NCBI RefSeq assembly: GCF_022045235.1
Contig: NW_027266286.1
Location: 39,804,001 to 39,868,000 of the forward strand
DNA: 64,000 bases
Source: Haliotis cracherodii
Taxonomy: Eukaryota
Direction of reading: 5' to 3'
Shown: in pieces, positions 51,939-63,400 of the stretch
Layout of the letters: every line of letters begins with the position of its first letter
Position numbering within the stretch: the stretch's first letter is position 1
Program-made: the position numbers and the translations under genes
Notes under the pieces: model-generated
Databases searched by the model: none
Seen by the model: the letters and a program-made list of their open reading frames with translations, nothing else
What the model was told of the DNA's origin: nothing

Positions 51939-54450
51939 ATGCCTTCGACGTGCTGCTGTGTCCCGGGATGCTGCAATCGAGGTGGTTTGTCGTTTCCGAG
52001 AGAACCCATGTTGCTGAAACGATGGTTGATTGCTATTCGGAGGAGCGACGAATCAAACCAAAGCAAGATGTGGAAACCGTCATCTTACAGTGTTGTGTGT
52101 CATTCCCACTTCAGGCAGTCTGATTTCATTGCTGTAACTAGTTATGGTAAGATATTTGGGTAACTTGTTATGTTTCGATTCGTTGGCAGATTTAATTAAC
52201 GTGCATGCCAATTATATTTGTTATATTTTCTTGCATTGAAATTACGAAGAGGGTTTTACGTGACTCAGAAATTTGTATCCATTATGCAGAAATGTGAAGA
52301 ATGGACGCAGTCAAAATAGAATATGTTCCGTCCCACGGGACACACTTATTTTCACAGATAGTTTGATTTTGTCATTGAGTTAAATTGAGTAAAGATTCTT
52401 ACAACTTCGAAGTGTGTGATTTTTTTTATGATAATTTGTGTTCCCTCCTGTCAGAGTAGGCAGGTAAATTGGAGTATTGGCTAATTCTAATGTAATCATG
52501 TTTGTGTGTGTTTGCATGTGAAGCTATGAGTATATTTCATTGTTTTTTAAAACCAAGATAGAAAAAATGTGTCATTTTTGCCTTACTATAGTAGCCATTT
52601 TTTTGCCAGTGATGTTTAGGTTTGACCCTCATATATTTCATGCAAGGGCCTTTGAAATCAATTACTGGGGGTCTAGTGCATACCCAGTTAATTAAGGTAA
52701 AACCCTGTTTACCACTATTATATTCCTGTTTATTAAGTTGTTGATGTTTGACCATAACCCTTCTTAGTTTTCTTCATTAATTTGTTGAATTGATGATTAC
52801 CAGGAATGTCAACACATATTTGACGTTTTTGCCTTTAATGCGTCATGTTACATTTTCCTGCAGGTGCTTGTTTTCCACAGAGATGAGGCACAGATGATTC
52901 AAGAATACAGGTTCATGTTTGTTCACTTTTGATATGTATTTGTCAGAATAGTGTCATGTGTACGTGTTGAACTTCAAGACACTTCTCTGTATCAGGCATT
53001 ATATGTATGTAATGTTGAGACTATATCTACGAAATTGTCAGCTAATTTATATCATAATTTTCCATAATTTAAATGTGTATCACTATTATGTTCATAATGT
53101 TACAAAACATATCTACCCCATAGAAATTTGTTCTTTCCCTGCAAATTAACTTAAATCTAATCATAAAAAGTTATCTCACAACTGGTAGTCAAAAGATTGC
53201 ACAATATCTGTTTGGAAAATAATAATCAACTGCTGTTTTCCCCAGGGTGTACACCTCTGAGGAGACAGAGAAAACCAGATGCTGTACCATCAATCTTTCC
53301 CTGGACTGATTCAGCCAACACACTTGAGGCCGATGGAGGCTTAAGGAAATCCCGCATTGAAAGACGTGAGAGCCAAAAGAGGACATTTAAAGCAATGGAT
53401 ACAGATTGTGATATTGAATGTGACATCAGTGAGGTAGCTGGGGAGGAAATAATTGACAATGTTGAGTTGGATGAAATGAATACCGACCTAAACATTTGTT
53501 CTGCAGATAGTGCAGAGGTTGAATATGAAAGTACATCAGCTCAGACAGACAAATTTCCAATGCTTTCAGTACAAAGTATTATGTTTAATGCTGCAGCAAT
53601 TTTGTTTTATACAGGACTGTCCAGCTATACAGACTTCACCTTTGTACTTGCAAGTTTGGGTCTATGTGCATATCACCTAAATTATCTGTACAGCAAAGTT
53701 GACAGTATGACTATCAGTGTGGAAAATCAATTGCTTTTACACTTATGAAACTGCGCCGACATAAGACTAACTTTGAACTTGGTCTTCATTTTGGAATTTC
53801 AGAGAAAACTGTATTAAATGTATGGATCACCTGGGTAAATTTTATGTATAGACAGTGGAGTGAGCTTGATAACTGGCCAGAAAGAAACTTAGTGCACTAT
53901 TTTTGTCCATGTGATTTCAAATCCAAATTTCCATCCACACGAATTATCATTGATGGTACTGAATGCCCCATCCAGAAACCAAAACGCCCCATAGCTCAGC
54001 AGTCTACCGACTCAACGTATTAAAATCAAAATACTTGTTGGATCCACACCAGGTGGTCTTGTGTCATACGTGTCTCCTGCGTATGGTTGCTCCACAAGTG
54101 ATTGTCAAATAGTAGAGCGTAGTGGTTTGACAGTGATGTGCGACCCAGGAGATAGTATTATGGCCGATAAAGGTTTCAACGTACAAGATATTTTTGCACC
54201 AAAAGATGTTACCATTAATATGCCAACATTCTTCTCAAAGAAAAACCGTATGTCTGGCAAGACTGTTATGCGTGATAGGAAAATATCAAGCAAAAGAGTT
54301 CACAATGAATTTATTATTGATCTGGCAACAACATTCAAAATACTTACTGAACCTCTTAACAGTTCAGAAACCAAATTAGCCACAGAAATAACCACGGTTT
54401 GCTTCATGCTTTGTTCTTTCAAAAAGTGCATTGTTCCCTCTACTTGCTAA
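51939..54450 (+). pseudogene. THAP + HTH + Harbinger-type DDE transposase; exons 51939-52146 and 53246-54450; disrupted
   Basis: THAP C2CH (CCCVPGC...FP...W...VCHSHF, DAVPSIF after splicing); catalytic motifs IIDGTE, MADKGF, RVHNE; frameshift at about 53745 and stop or deletion at about 54021. Confidence 0.88.
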
Positions 54451-56447
54451 TCATATTGGTTAGCAAATCATTAAAAATATCTGTCATTCCAGTCGGACGT
54501 TAGTCGGTCGTAGAGTATGGAGATATGTTTCTAATTTCTTTCAACAAGGCCTGTTATTACGTTTGCTACATGATTAAAGATAATTGTTGCTAAATATTCA
54601 TGAGGATAAAGTTAAATGTAACAGGTTATCGATTATGTATCATGTTCAGACTAGAATGGGAATTTGTGGTCAAAGAGCAAGTTTGAAGCAAATTTACCAT
54701 TTGTGCAGCCACAAACAATCATACTCTTTTGTCAAGGTACAAACATAAATGTGTTAGTATCAGAGCTTATGATAATATAATGCTAAACTTCCTGTTCAAT
54801 GTGGTGTTAAACCCATCTCACTCACTGAATTTGTTTTAAATTTATGACATCAGTAACATGAATTTCAGAATGTTGACAGTGTTTGGTGCATACTGTTACA
54901 TTTTGCGGTAATATGTCATTATCCCCTGCCACAAAGTGGGAGAGAGGTACACATTTTTTGTCCGAGCATAATTCGGAAACTGTTTCATATGTTATTATGA
55001 AACTTTGCACATGTATCAAACACAAGTTGAACTGGTGCCTTTTCCTGTTTCCATGGCAGCAATTTGGATTAAACCCAAATACTGGTTGCTTTTATTTCAC
55101 GAACTTAAAATCTGAATAAGTTGAAGTGTATATTTCTGGATCATATATCCATTATTTTTTCAATGGATACATGTTTACTGAGAAACAAATTGTAATTTAT
55201 TGTCCTAAGTTAGGAGGGCCATGTTTAAATCTGTTACTTTGTGCATTGTGGCTGTAATGAGGACACAGTTCTAATGTGCCCCATGGCTGTGTATTCTTGT
55301 TTCATATGATACCGGCAGCAGCTAGACCGGTCCAGATATCTGGCACGTCTTAGTGCTGTTGCTTCAGCTCTCTCAGATGTTATGAATGGCAATCACGACA
55401 AGCAAGAAGTCAATGACAATGGGTTTTTTATCATTCCCACAAACAGTTCAGCTGCAGAAAATAATCACATGACAGTTGTAATTCCTCAGATACAGAGCTG
55501 AAGGAGTATGCTTCAAGCAGTGATGATATTTATGAGTATGGACACTGAATTGTGATTATGTATTGCACTGTAGCTTCATCTATATTTAAATATTTAGATC
55601 TTCCAACTATTAACTACTGGAGTACTTAACAGATGGTTGTCATCGTCACAAAGTGAGTTAAAAGTTAATGTCACATCAATACTATTTCAGCCATATAGCG
55701 ACGAGACCAAGTTGATATACACAATTTACTCATGAATGCAAAGGTATATTTAAAAACAATTTTTCATACACAATTGGACATAACAGTATCATTTATACTG
55801 TTTTAAAACACGGGTTATAGGCCACCAGTAACCAAAGCTAGGCCACCTCGCAGGGGATCATGGGGACTTACGGTGCCTCTGCTTCCTGCACGATACCCCA
55901 GCAGGATTTATGTCATTAACTAAGCCACTGGTGGTTGTGCTCAATACTAGCCAGTCAGCAATGAGCTGGCTTAAAACACTGGTTGAGGATAGTTACATTG
56001 ATTATGATAGGATTACGTGTCACACGGTTGTGGGGGGGGGGGGGGGGGGGGGGGTGTGATATTATGATATTAAGATTATTATCCAACTATTAACTACTGG
56101 AGTGATTAGAAGATGGTTGCCATTGTCACATAGTACTGTAACAGTAAGTACTAAATGTCTTCATAGACATCTGAGATTGTATTTATTTACACAAGTGAAT
56201 GCATCAATGTATGGGGCCAGAGTTCGACCTGGTTTTGTCTGATGCAATTCTTTTCACGTCAACATGCATCTGGTGAATTATCATCCTTAAATGGAGCCCT
56301 GCAAGTTTTTTCATAACTATTTGTTTGTGAATGTCCATATATGCAGAATATAATATGTTCAGCATTAAACATTGAGACTACAATTCTGTCTTTCTTGTTT
56401 ATAGGGCTGATGACCATTGACACATGAGTATCAGCAGTTACTGAAAT

Positions 56448-59387
56448 TTACCAGGAATACCTGTCATAATCTCTGAAATAGAATTTGTCAAGTAGTGCCT
56501 TTTTGAAAAAGGTGTCATAAAATGCCACAAGTTTTTCAACCATAGATTCAATGAAATGGTCATCTCGGGATACAGTAAAATATTTAAAATCCTTCAGCGT
56601 GTATACAATAAAAATGCACTGTTTTCTACCAGTACAGTAGAGCTGCCCTTGCACTTGAAAGAAATATGGCTTGCTTTTGTCAAGGGTAAGTTTTCCCTCA
56701 GATACCTTCAAATAGGGAACAGTTATCTCAGAGATTAGACAATCTTTAGATGCAAATGGACATTTCACTTCAATGGTAGTATCATCACCGAGAATCTGGT
56801 GAAGCTGCGAGAAATGGATGAACATCTGACTCAAACATGCCACATGGCGAGGTTTTGAAACCACCTTTGCATATTTTCTGCCATGTCTAAGTGGTGGACT
56901 TTGAATGTCCTCGAAAGGCTTAGTCATTGATCTAGCAAGTTTATGAAAATCAGTTTTGTCTGTTGCCAAACAAATTTTCCCAAAATTGGAAGAAGAAATT
57001 CTCTTTGTGTGTTCAGTTTTCCATTCCTCGCTCTTTGACTGTTTACAGGTTATTATTTCAAGGTTGGTTTTGTCCATATCTGATATTTCTGATATATTCT
57101 GGGATTTCAGGTATTGGTCAGCTAAAGATAACTTAAGATAATCATGATCATGATTAACAGCAAATGGATTTGCTGGAGGAAACATTTTAGCAACTGGAAA
57201 TGGATTGACACTAGGGTGGTTCAACCAAACATTGCAGAAAAAGTCAGGGTAATTTGGCACTTTGCGATACTGAACTGGTCGTGGGTCAAATATAACATTC
57301 AGTTCACTGTTGCATAAATCAAGGTCAGTTGCTTTAATTGGACTGCCTTTATATGGTTTACTTTTATGAAATGTTTGCAATCTTTGTGTACATGTTTCTT
57401 CTGTTAAAACATCGCCAGTTGTTGAAAATTTGTGCATAGCATATAACACTGCACAAATATGTTTGCCATGTCCTGATGGACCCTGGCCTGCAGCACACTC
57501 ACACTGCCCCTCCACAACAGAACCATCGTCATCAATTGCAATATTGACTTTGTAAGTCACATGCTTCTTCATTTCAGCACGGCACTCAGACTTCAGGAAA
57601 CACATGTTACTAGGTTTTGAATAACGAAAAAAATTCAAAAACCTACTAGTGTACAGATTCTTTGAACTTGAACCAAGTTTCTTCTGAAAAGGCTGTAAGT
57701 AATAATTTATAGCTTTGTATGCTAAGAAAGGAAGATGACTGTCACCATTTACATCCCTATAAGTTTCAACTAGGGGCAGTGTCATTTCAAACTCAGCTTC
57801 AAGTTCTGTCTCTCTCCCAAAATTGTAGTTTCGGTCATAGCTCTCGAGTCTGAAAAACATTTGAAATAAACAACTGTAAAAGAAAAAACCTGATTGAAAA
57901 AAATAACTGTAAAATATATGGACTATTAAATTATTTTTGGAGTACACAAATGTCTTAGTTTCCATTTTGTCAAAAAGTAACAATTATTTTAAGAACAGAT
58001 CCCTGTAACTCCAAAGTCAACAAATCAGTATTTCTGTCAGTAAGGAAGCTTAAGCCATCTCTGCATTGTTATCAGTACTAAAACTTGACTTTTGTTCAGT
58101 AATAATATCTTTACTTGCACTACAGTAATTGTATATAATTTTGTTTGTTAGAAAAACAACATATGATAATACGGATATTAATATTAACACGAGAATAAGA
58201 CATTGTGTCACAAAATAAAAATACATGCATTGAATAAGGGTTCCTGATGTGTTTGCCTTCGACCGGAATCGAACCAATGTCTAAAGATTACTCTGTTAGA
58301 CTACCATTCAAATGCTTCATTACATCTAATCTTAATATTAGAAATATGAACGCGGTTATACAAGTATGGACCCATCATATTTGTGAAGAAATAATAAATA
58401 TGTGAACCTTTCACACTTGAGGATGAAATAAATGTTCTGGGTGAAGCGGTATAGGAAGGTCACATCACAGTACATAAGGTCACATTTTTATGTCAAATTG
58501 TGTGGAATCTTCTTGACTAAATATTTCAGAGCAGGTTCAAAAGTAAATTTCTAGTAGTGAATTTGAAATGCTAATTACATCATATTTGCAGTATTTGACT
58601 GACACTTGGGTGTCATAAAACAAGTAGTAAGAAACTTAATTTAGCAAGTGTAGCAAGGGGGCATTATGATTATTTAAGCTACATTTTTGGGGACTTGTCA
58701 TTTATTTGGGGGTGGGGGAGATAGGAGAAAATGTTACATGGACTGTGTGGGGGTTGGTGAGTTAAACGCGATGCACTCCTTAGACCGCTTCCAAGATAAT
58801 ATCTCTGCTTAAATTTACTATGTATATTCGTATCGAAGAACAATTTTTTATTGAATAATTGCCCAAATAATTATAGAATCTATAAACCGGAAGTTATCCC
58901 AACCTCATGTAAAAGGGTGTAATATTTTGCACACTGCCAGTGAGTCATTAATTCGAAGAATAAATTATTGTGACTGACATTTACCTTCCGTACAAGATCC
59001 GTGGTCACCGCTCTTTCCCTTGGCAGTGCAACGCAAAGCGTCCTTAGCAACGGGGGCATGTTGTTTACGTGAACGAAAACTGAAGCACTTATGTTGTCGG
59101 CATTATCGCGTCGATGCTTACGTCATTTGTTTAGCAATCTCAGTTGTCTAAACTAAACATATGTTCTACCAATGACCATGATACCAATATTGCACTGTGT
59201 AAAGTGACAAAATGGGGAATAATTACTGTTACAATCTTATAAAATAACTGCTCAGTAAGAAATGCTAAGAAACAGCAATATTAGAAACTTACCGTTCTAT
59301 CAGATCGATTTTTCTTCCTGACACTCTAGCACCTCGTGCTTTGAGCTCAGTCTTCAGTTCGGGCAACTTCCAGCTTCTGTAATTCAT
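56448..59387 (-). CDS. SAP + SWIM + YqaJ/lambda-exonuclease-like protein (element ORF2); exons 59293-59387 and 56448-57849; probably inactivated
   Basis: Exon 1 MNYRSWKLPELKTELKARGARVSGRKIDLIER (SAP) splices in phase 2 to LESYDRN; SWIM CECAAG...HGKHICAVL; YqaJ motifs QSKSEEW...RISSSNF, IEVKCP, YFFQVQGQL. Confidence 0.85.
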
Positions 59388-59681
59388 GATAGAAATAGGC
59401 CTTCAAGTACTACCGGCTGTTTACAGAAAAGCAAGTGGGTCAATGTCGACTGAAGTTTATATATGTTGGACCGTACCTACCGCAGCGCCGCCAAGCGGGC
59501 AAGGGGGCGCAACTCCAGGAATGTTTGCCATTGACCACTAAGACATGAACACAATGACTGTCTTCTGTCCCTTCCTTCATATTGCTTAAGTGGTGTTTCA
59601 ATAAACAATGTCGGCTTGGTAGAGCACAGTACTCCATGATATCGCTGGTAGAGCAACTTTCGAACTTCTTTTGTGGATGCC

Positions 59682-60215
59682 CATCTTCCAGAGGCAAGGG
59701 AGTTAACTGACCTTAATTGTCCAGTTTCAACCTTTGCCGAACTAGGCTGGAATTTCTGAATTGTAGCGCAACCAGTTGCTATTACAGGTTATACCCCTTC
59801 TATGTCCTTTGACAATCAGAATGCACCTCTGATATCACTTGCATTTGCTTCAAAGAAAATGGCGGCGCCCAGTCAAGACAATATGATCGATAATCAAGAT
59901 CTATATTGTAATAAAACATGTCTTACTTCGCGAAGTGCATCCAGTCATGTGAGCACCTTGATTAAAAACATGAAAATATTTGGAAAATATCTGTTGAAGC
60001 TAAGTTGAGGGTACACATTCTATGCAAATCCTGCAATTGTCAGAAGTTTACACATCAGTTCACGAATCTGATTTCAATTTTATTATGCAATTTTGATTGG
60101 GCTCTGCATGGACTCTATAGTCCAGCCAAAACGTAACTCCATAATTCCAGGCTAGTTCGGCAAGGGTGGAAACTTGACTTTTGCAATCAGTTAACTCCCT
60201 TGCCTTAGAAAGATG
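59682..60215. mobile_element. MITE family X, copy 2 (534 bp), 9-bp TSD (MULE-like)
   Basis: TIR CATCTT...GGCAAGGGAGTTAACTGA; flanks GTGGATGCC/GTGGATGCA. Confidence 0.88.
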
Positions 60216-60444
60216 GTGGATGCAAAAAAAGAAAGAGAGATGTGAACTATCACACATTAGTGGGAGGGAGGAAAAATTTTATTAGTTTTAGATGGCCACA
60301 TTGAAAGCTTTGAGCTGAGTGTGTCCATAGGATGTTCAAGATATTGCCATGTCTCCTGAAAAAGTTAATGTGACTTATTATTTGGCAAAATTGTATTAAT
60401 TTGTTTGTGTACCTGTTGTCTTCTAGAATTTCCCCTAACTTGGT

Positions 60445-63400
60445 ATGTGGTTATCCAAGTCTAAGACCAGCTCTAAGGATGACACAAGCAGCAAGCAAAC
60501 TACCCAAGGAATTGGAAGTCAGCAACATGACCTGTTTAACACACGCAAGAGAAGGAGGTGGGAAGTCAGTGATGAGTATCTTGACAACCGTCGCTCAGTG
60601 TCTGAAAAACCCAGTACAGCTAAAAAGACAAAAGCTGCCGCAAGTACTAGTCAGTATGAAGATGAGGTGTCTGATGAGGAGTTTGTCATCATCGACTTGT
60701 TCTCCTCTGATGAACATGAAACTTCAAGTCAGATGCTCAAATCTGATGTTAAGAATGTGTCACACATATCATCCTCCCAAAAGAAAAAGACACCGAATGA
60801 CACCAGGAGTACTGCCTCCAATTCGCAGGTGTCTCCAATCTACAACACCTCATCTATCTTTAAGAAATTCCAAAATCAAAGTGGAGGTCGGGGAGCAAGC
60901 TCATCAAAGCAAGGTTTTGATGATGAGATGATGTTTACACAGGATGCAGGTGACACTGACTTACCTGAGCTCTCCTGGCCAAAGAGAAGGACTGTCAGAC
61001 TGTCTCAGAGACACAGTTCAGCTTCTAGCCAGAGTCAAGCCAGTCAGTCTCCCAAGAGGAACAAAAGCATGTCACAGATTGTCAGTCGAGTCATCTCAGA
61101 TATCAACAGTTCTAGTTCTGACGCTGAGGAAACATTAGCTGAAAAGTTGTTAACCTTAAAGAGGCATGCAAAACAACAGTCTGCTGATTCTAAAAGTAAT
61201 AAAGCTAAGAGTTGTGGTCAGGTTATGAAGTCCCCTGGAGACACACTTACCGCCTTGAAACCAAGACCTAACAAGTTGTCGCTAAACAAAAAAACCCAGA
61301 ACGTTTCTTCTGACAGTTTTTCTGACTTTGTTATACTAGAAACCTCAAATGGAGACTCTTCATCAGATGACATACCTACAAGCAAAGAGAACATTAAAAA
61401 TGAGCAAAGTTTTGTTGCAATTGCAAAAAGGGGGAAAGTCTCAACAACCTGTGCCCCATATCGTGGTGTGTATGAGAAAGACAATAAGTGTGACAGTCAA
61501 ATATGTAAGGGGGAAAGGCATAAAGACATTGGTAATGTGACAAAGTCCAATTCAACATCAGTTTGGCAGTCTAGTGCAATGACAAAGTCTAGTAAGAAGA
61601 ATGCTTCCTCCTCTGCTTCAGACAGTGAGCCACCCCTTTCCAGGGCTAATCTTGATGCTGATAGAAAGAAGGGCCAGGCACCTTACAAATCAAGGACCTC
61701 AACAATAACCAGTAGTCGGAAGGCTAAGATAAAGAGAGACTATGAAAGTTTTTCGGATGATGACATATCGTGCCATTCTGAAGCTTCCTCTGACTCTGAA
61801 GGGGAATACCATTGTCCACCACTTCCACAGAAGGCTTCCAGAAAGTCCAAGGCTATTGTGTCTTCTTCTGATGAGGAGACACAGGAATATCAGTATGAGC
61901 AAGGTGAACACCAAACAAGAACACCTGCCCTCTCCAGTTTCATTGTTTCCCAGACTGCCAAGGAGAAGCTCAAGAAGGTTGTGTCTGCTACTTGCAAGAT
62001 GGAGTGTAGGAGAGGAAGCACACAAGATGGTGATGCCACACAACAGTATGACTTCAAGGTTTATGACAACAGGAACCTTGAGTCCATGAGTTTTCAGACT
62101 GCAGCTGATATTAAACAAACAAAGGAAACAAAATCTGCTCAAGGTGGGGAAACTGTACCTGGATCCAAAACAAAAGATGATGAGATTGACGATGAACTGA
62201 CCCAGCCCCCAGACACATTGTTTGACTCCCAGGAAGGTGACGACAGTGATATCATGGTGATTGGTCTTGATGAGGACGTGACACAACCAATGGAAGAGGA
62301 CGATGAGGAACTGACCCAGGAACCATCACAGACTGTTTATGGGAATCCTCCTGAACTTTCTCTGGTTGATGCAATGCTGCATCAAAAGTGTCCTTCCAAT
62401 ATATCAGATGTTGATCCTCCACTTCTGAGTCAGCAGGTCTTGAATCCAAAAGTCATATCCTGTGTCAAACCTCCCATGGTGGAAACTGCGATTACCGGCA
62501 GATCTTTTACAGAGTCGAAGAAAATTGAAAGTAGATCAGGAGGTAGCACTGACAGCAATGCCAGTGAAAATTGTCTTTTGTTTAAGCCTGTATGTGATAG
62601 TAATCGAAAGGGAGAGGAAATAAATGAAAATAGTGGTGTTTTTGATCATTCAAAGCATTCTGAAATTAGTGTGTCAGGATTTCACGAAAAGTATGTTGCA
62701 GCTTCCAAGCAAGATAGGGCAGAGGACACAAGGAAAGAGTTCACTGATATTCCAGATGATTTTGAAAGTATAAAGGTGAAAAAGGAAGGAGTCAAGATTA
62801 AACAGGAGAAACTAGAGCTCCCTATAAAGCTGCCTTGTTACACACAGGAGGAGGATGTCATCTTTGTGTATGATTCAAGTGATGATGAAGCCCTTATTGA
62901 TCTCTCACAGACCAATGTTCGCTCAGAACACATCTCGGACACAGACAGCATGTTTGACGTGTTTGACCACTCTGACACAGAACTGTTTGACCTTGACTTT
63001 GGTGAGGAGGATGTGACCCTGGTTAATGATTCTGATCAAGACAAATCCCTTGAAGAGATAGCTGAGGAGGATAGAAATCCCTTTGATCATCTAGGAGAGT
63101 CTGATGAATCTGATCAAGAACAGATTCAAGGGACAACCACCACTAAGAAAAAAGGAACATTTGACTTTGAAAGTGTTTCTGATAACAGTAAACATGCTAA
63201 TTGTCAGATGTCTTCAAAGCCTGGAAAGAGAAGAAGCATTTGGGAGATCAGCTCAGATTCAGACGAAGAGGAAATTTTCCATCCCGAGCATGGGTCTCCA
63301 CATTCAATGTCTGTCAGTAAAGTACTGGAAACAAATCAGGTTGAGGATATTTACCTGGCAGAAACACAAGTAGATGACGTGGAGGACAATGGTGAGATGC

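Larger units (their letters stand above)
51801..59529. mobile_element. Complete ISL2EU-type (PIF/Harbinger-related) DNA transposon, 7729 bp, decayed
   Basis: AT|GGCCAACATTCCTCAGTTATGCCCC ... GGGGCGCAACTCCAGGAATGTTTGCC|AT: imperfect TIR of about 25 bp with AT TSD; encloses convergent THAP-DDE and YqaJ genes. Confidence 0.88.

Noticed and set aside
58985-59059. Alternative first exon MPPLLRTL...VRK for the nuclease gene
   Set aside because: Phase-0 donor is incompatible with the phase-2 acceptor at 57849 and there is no recognisable motif
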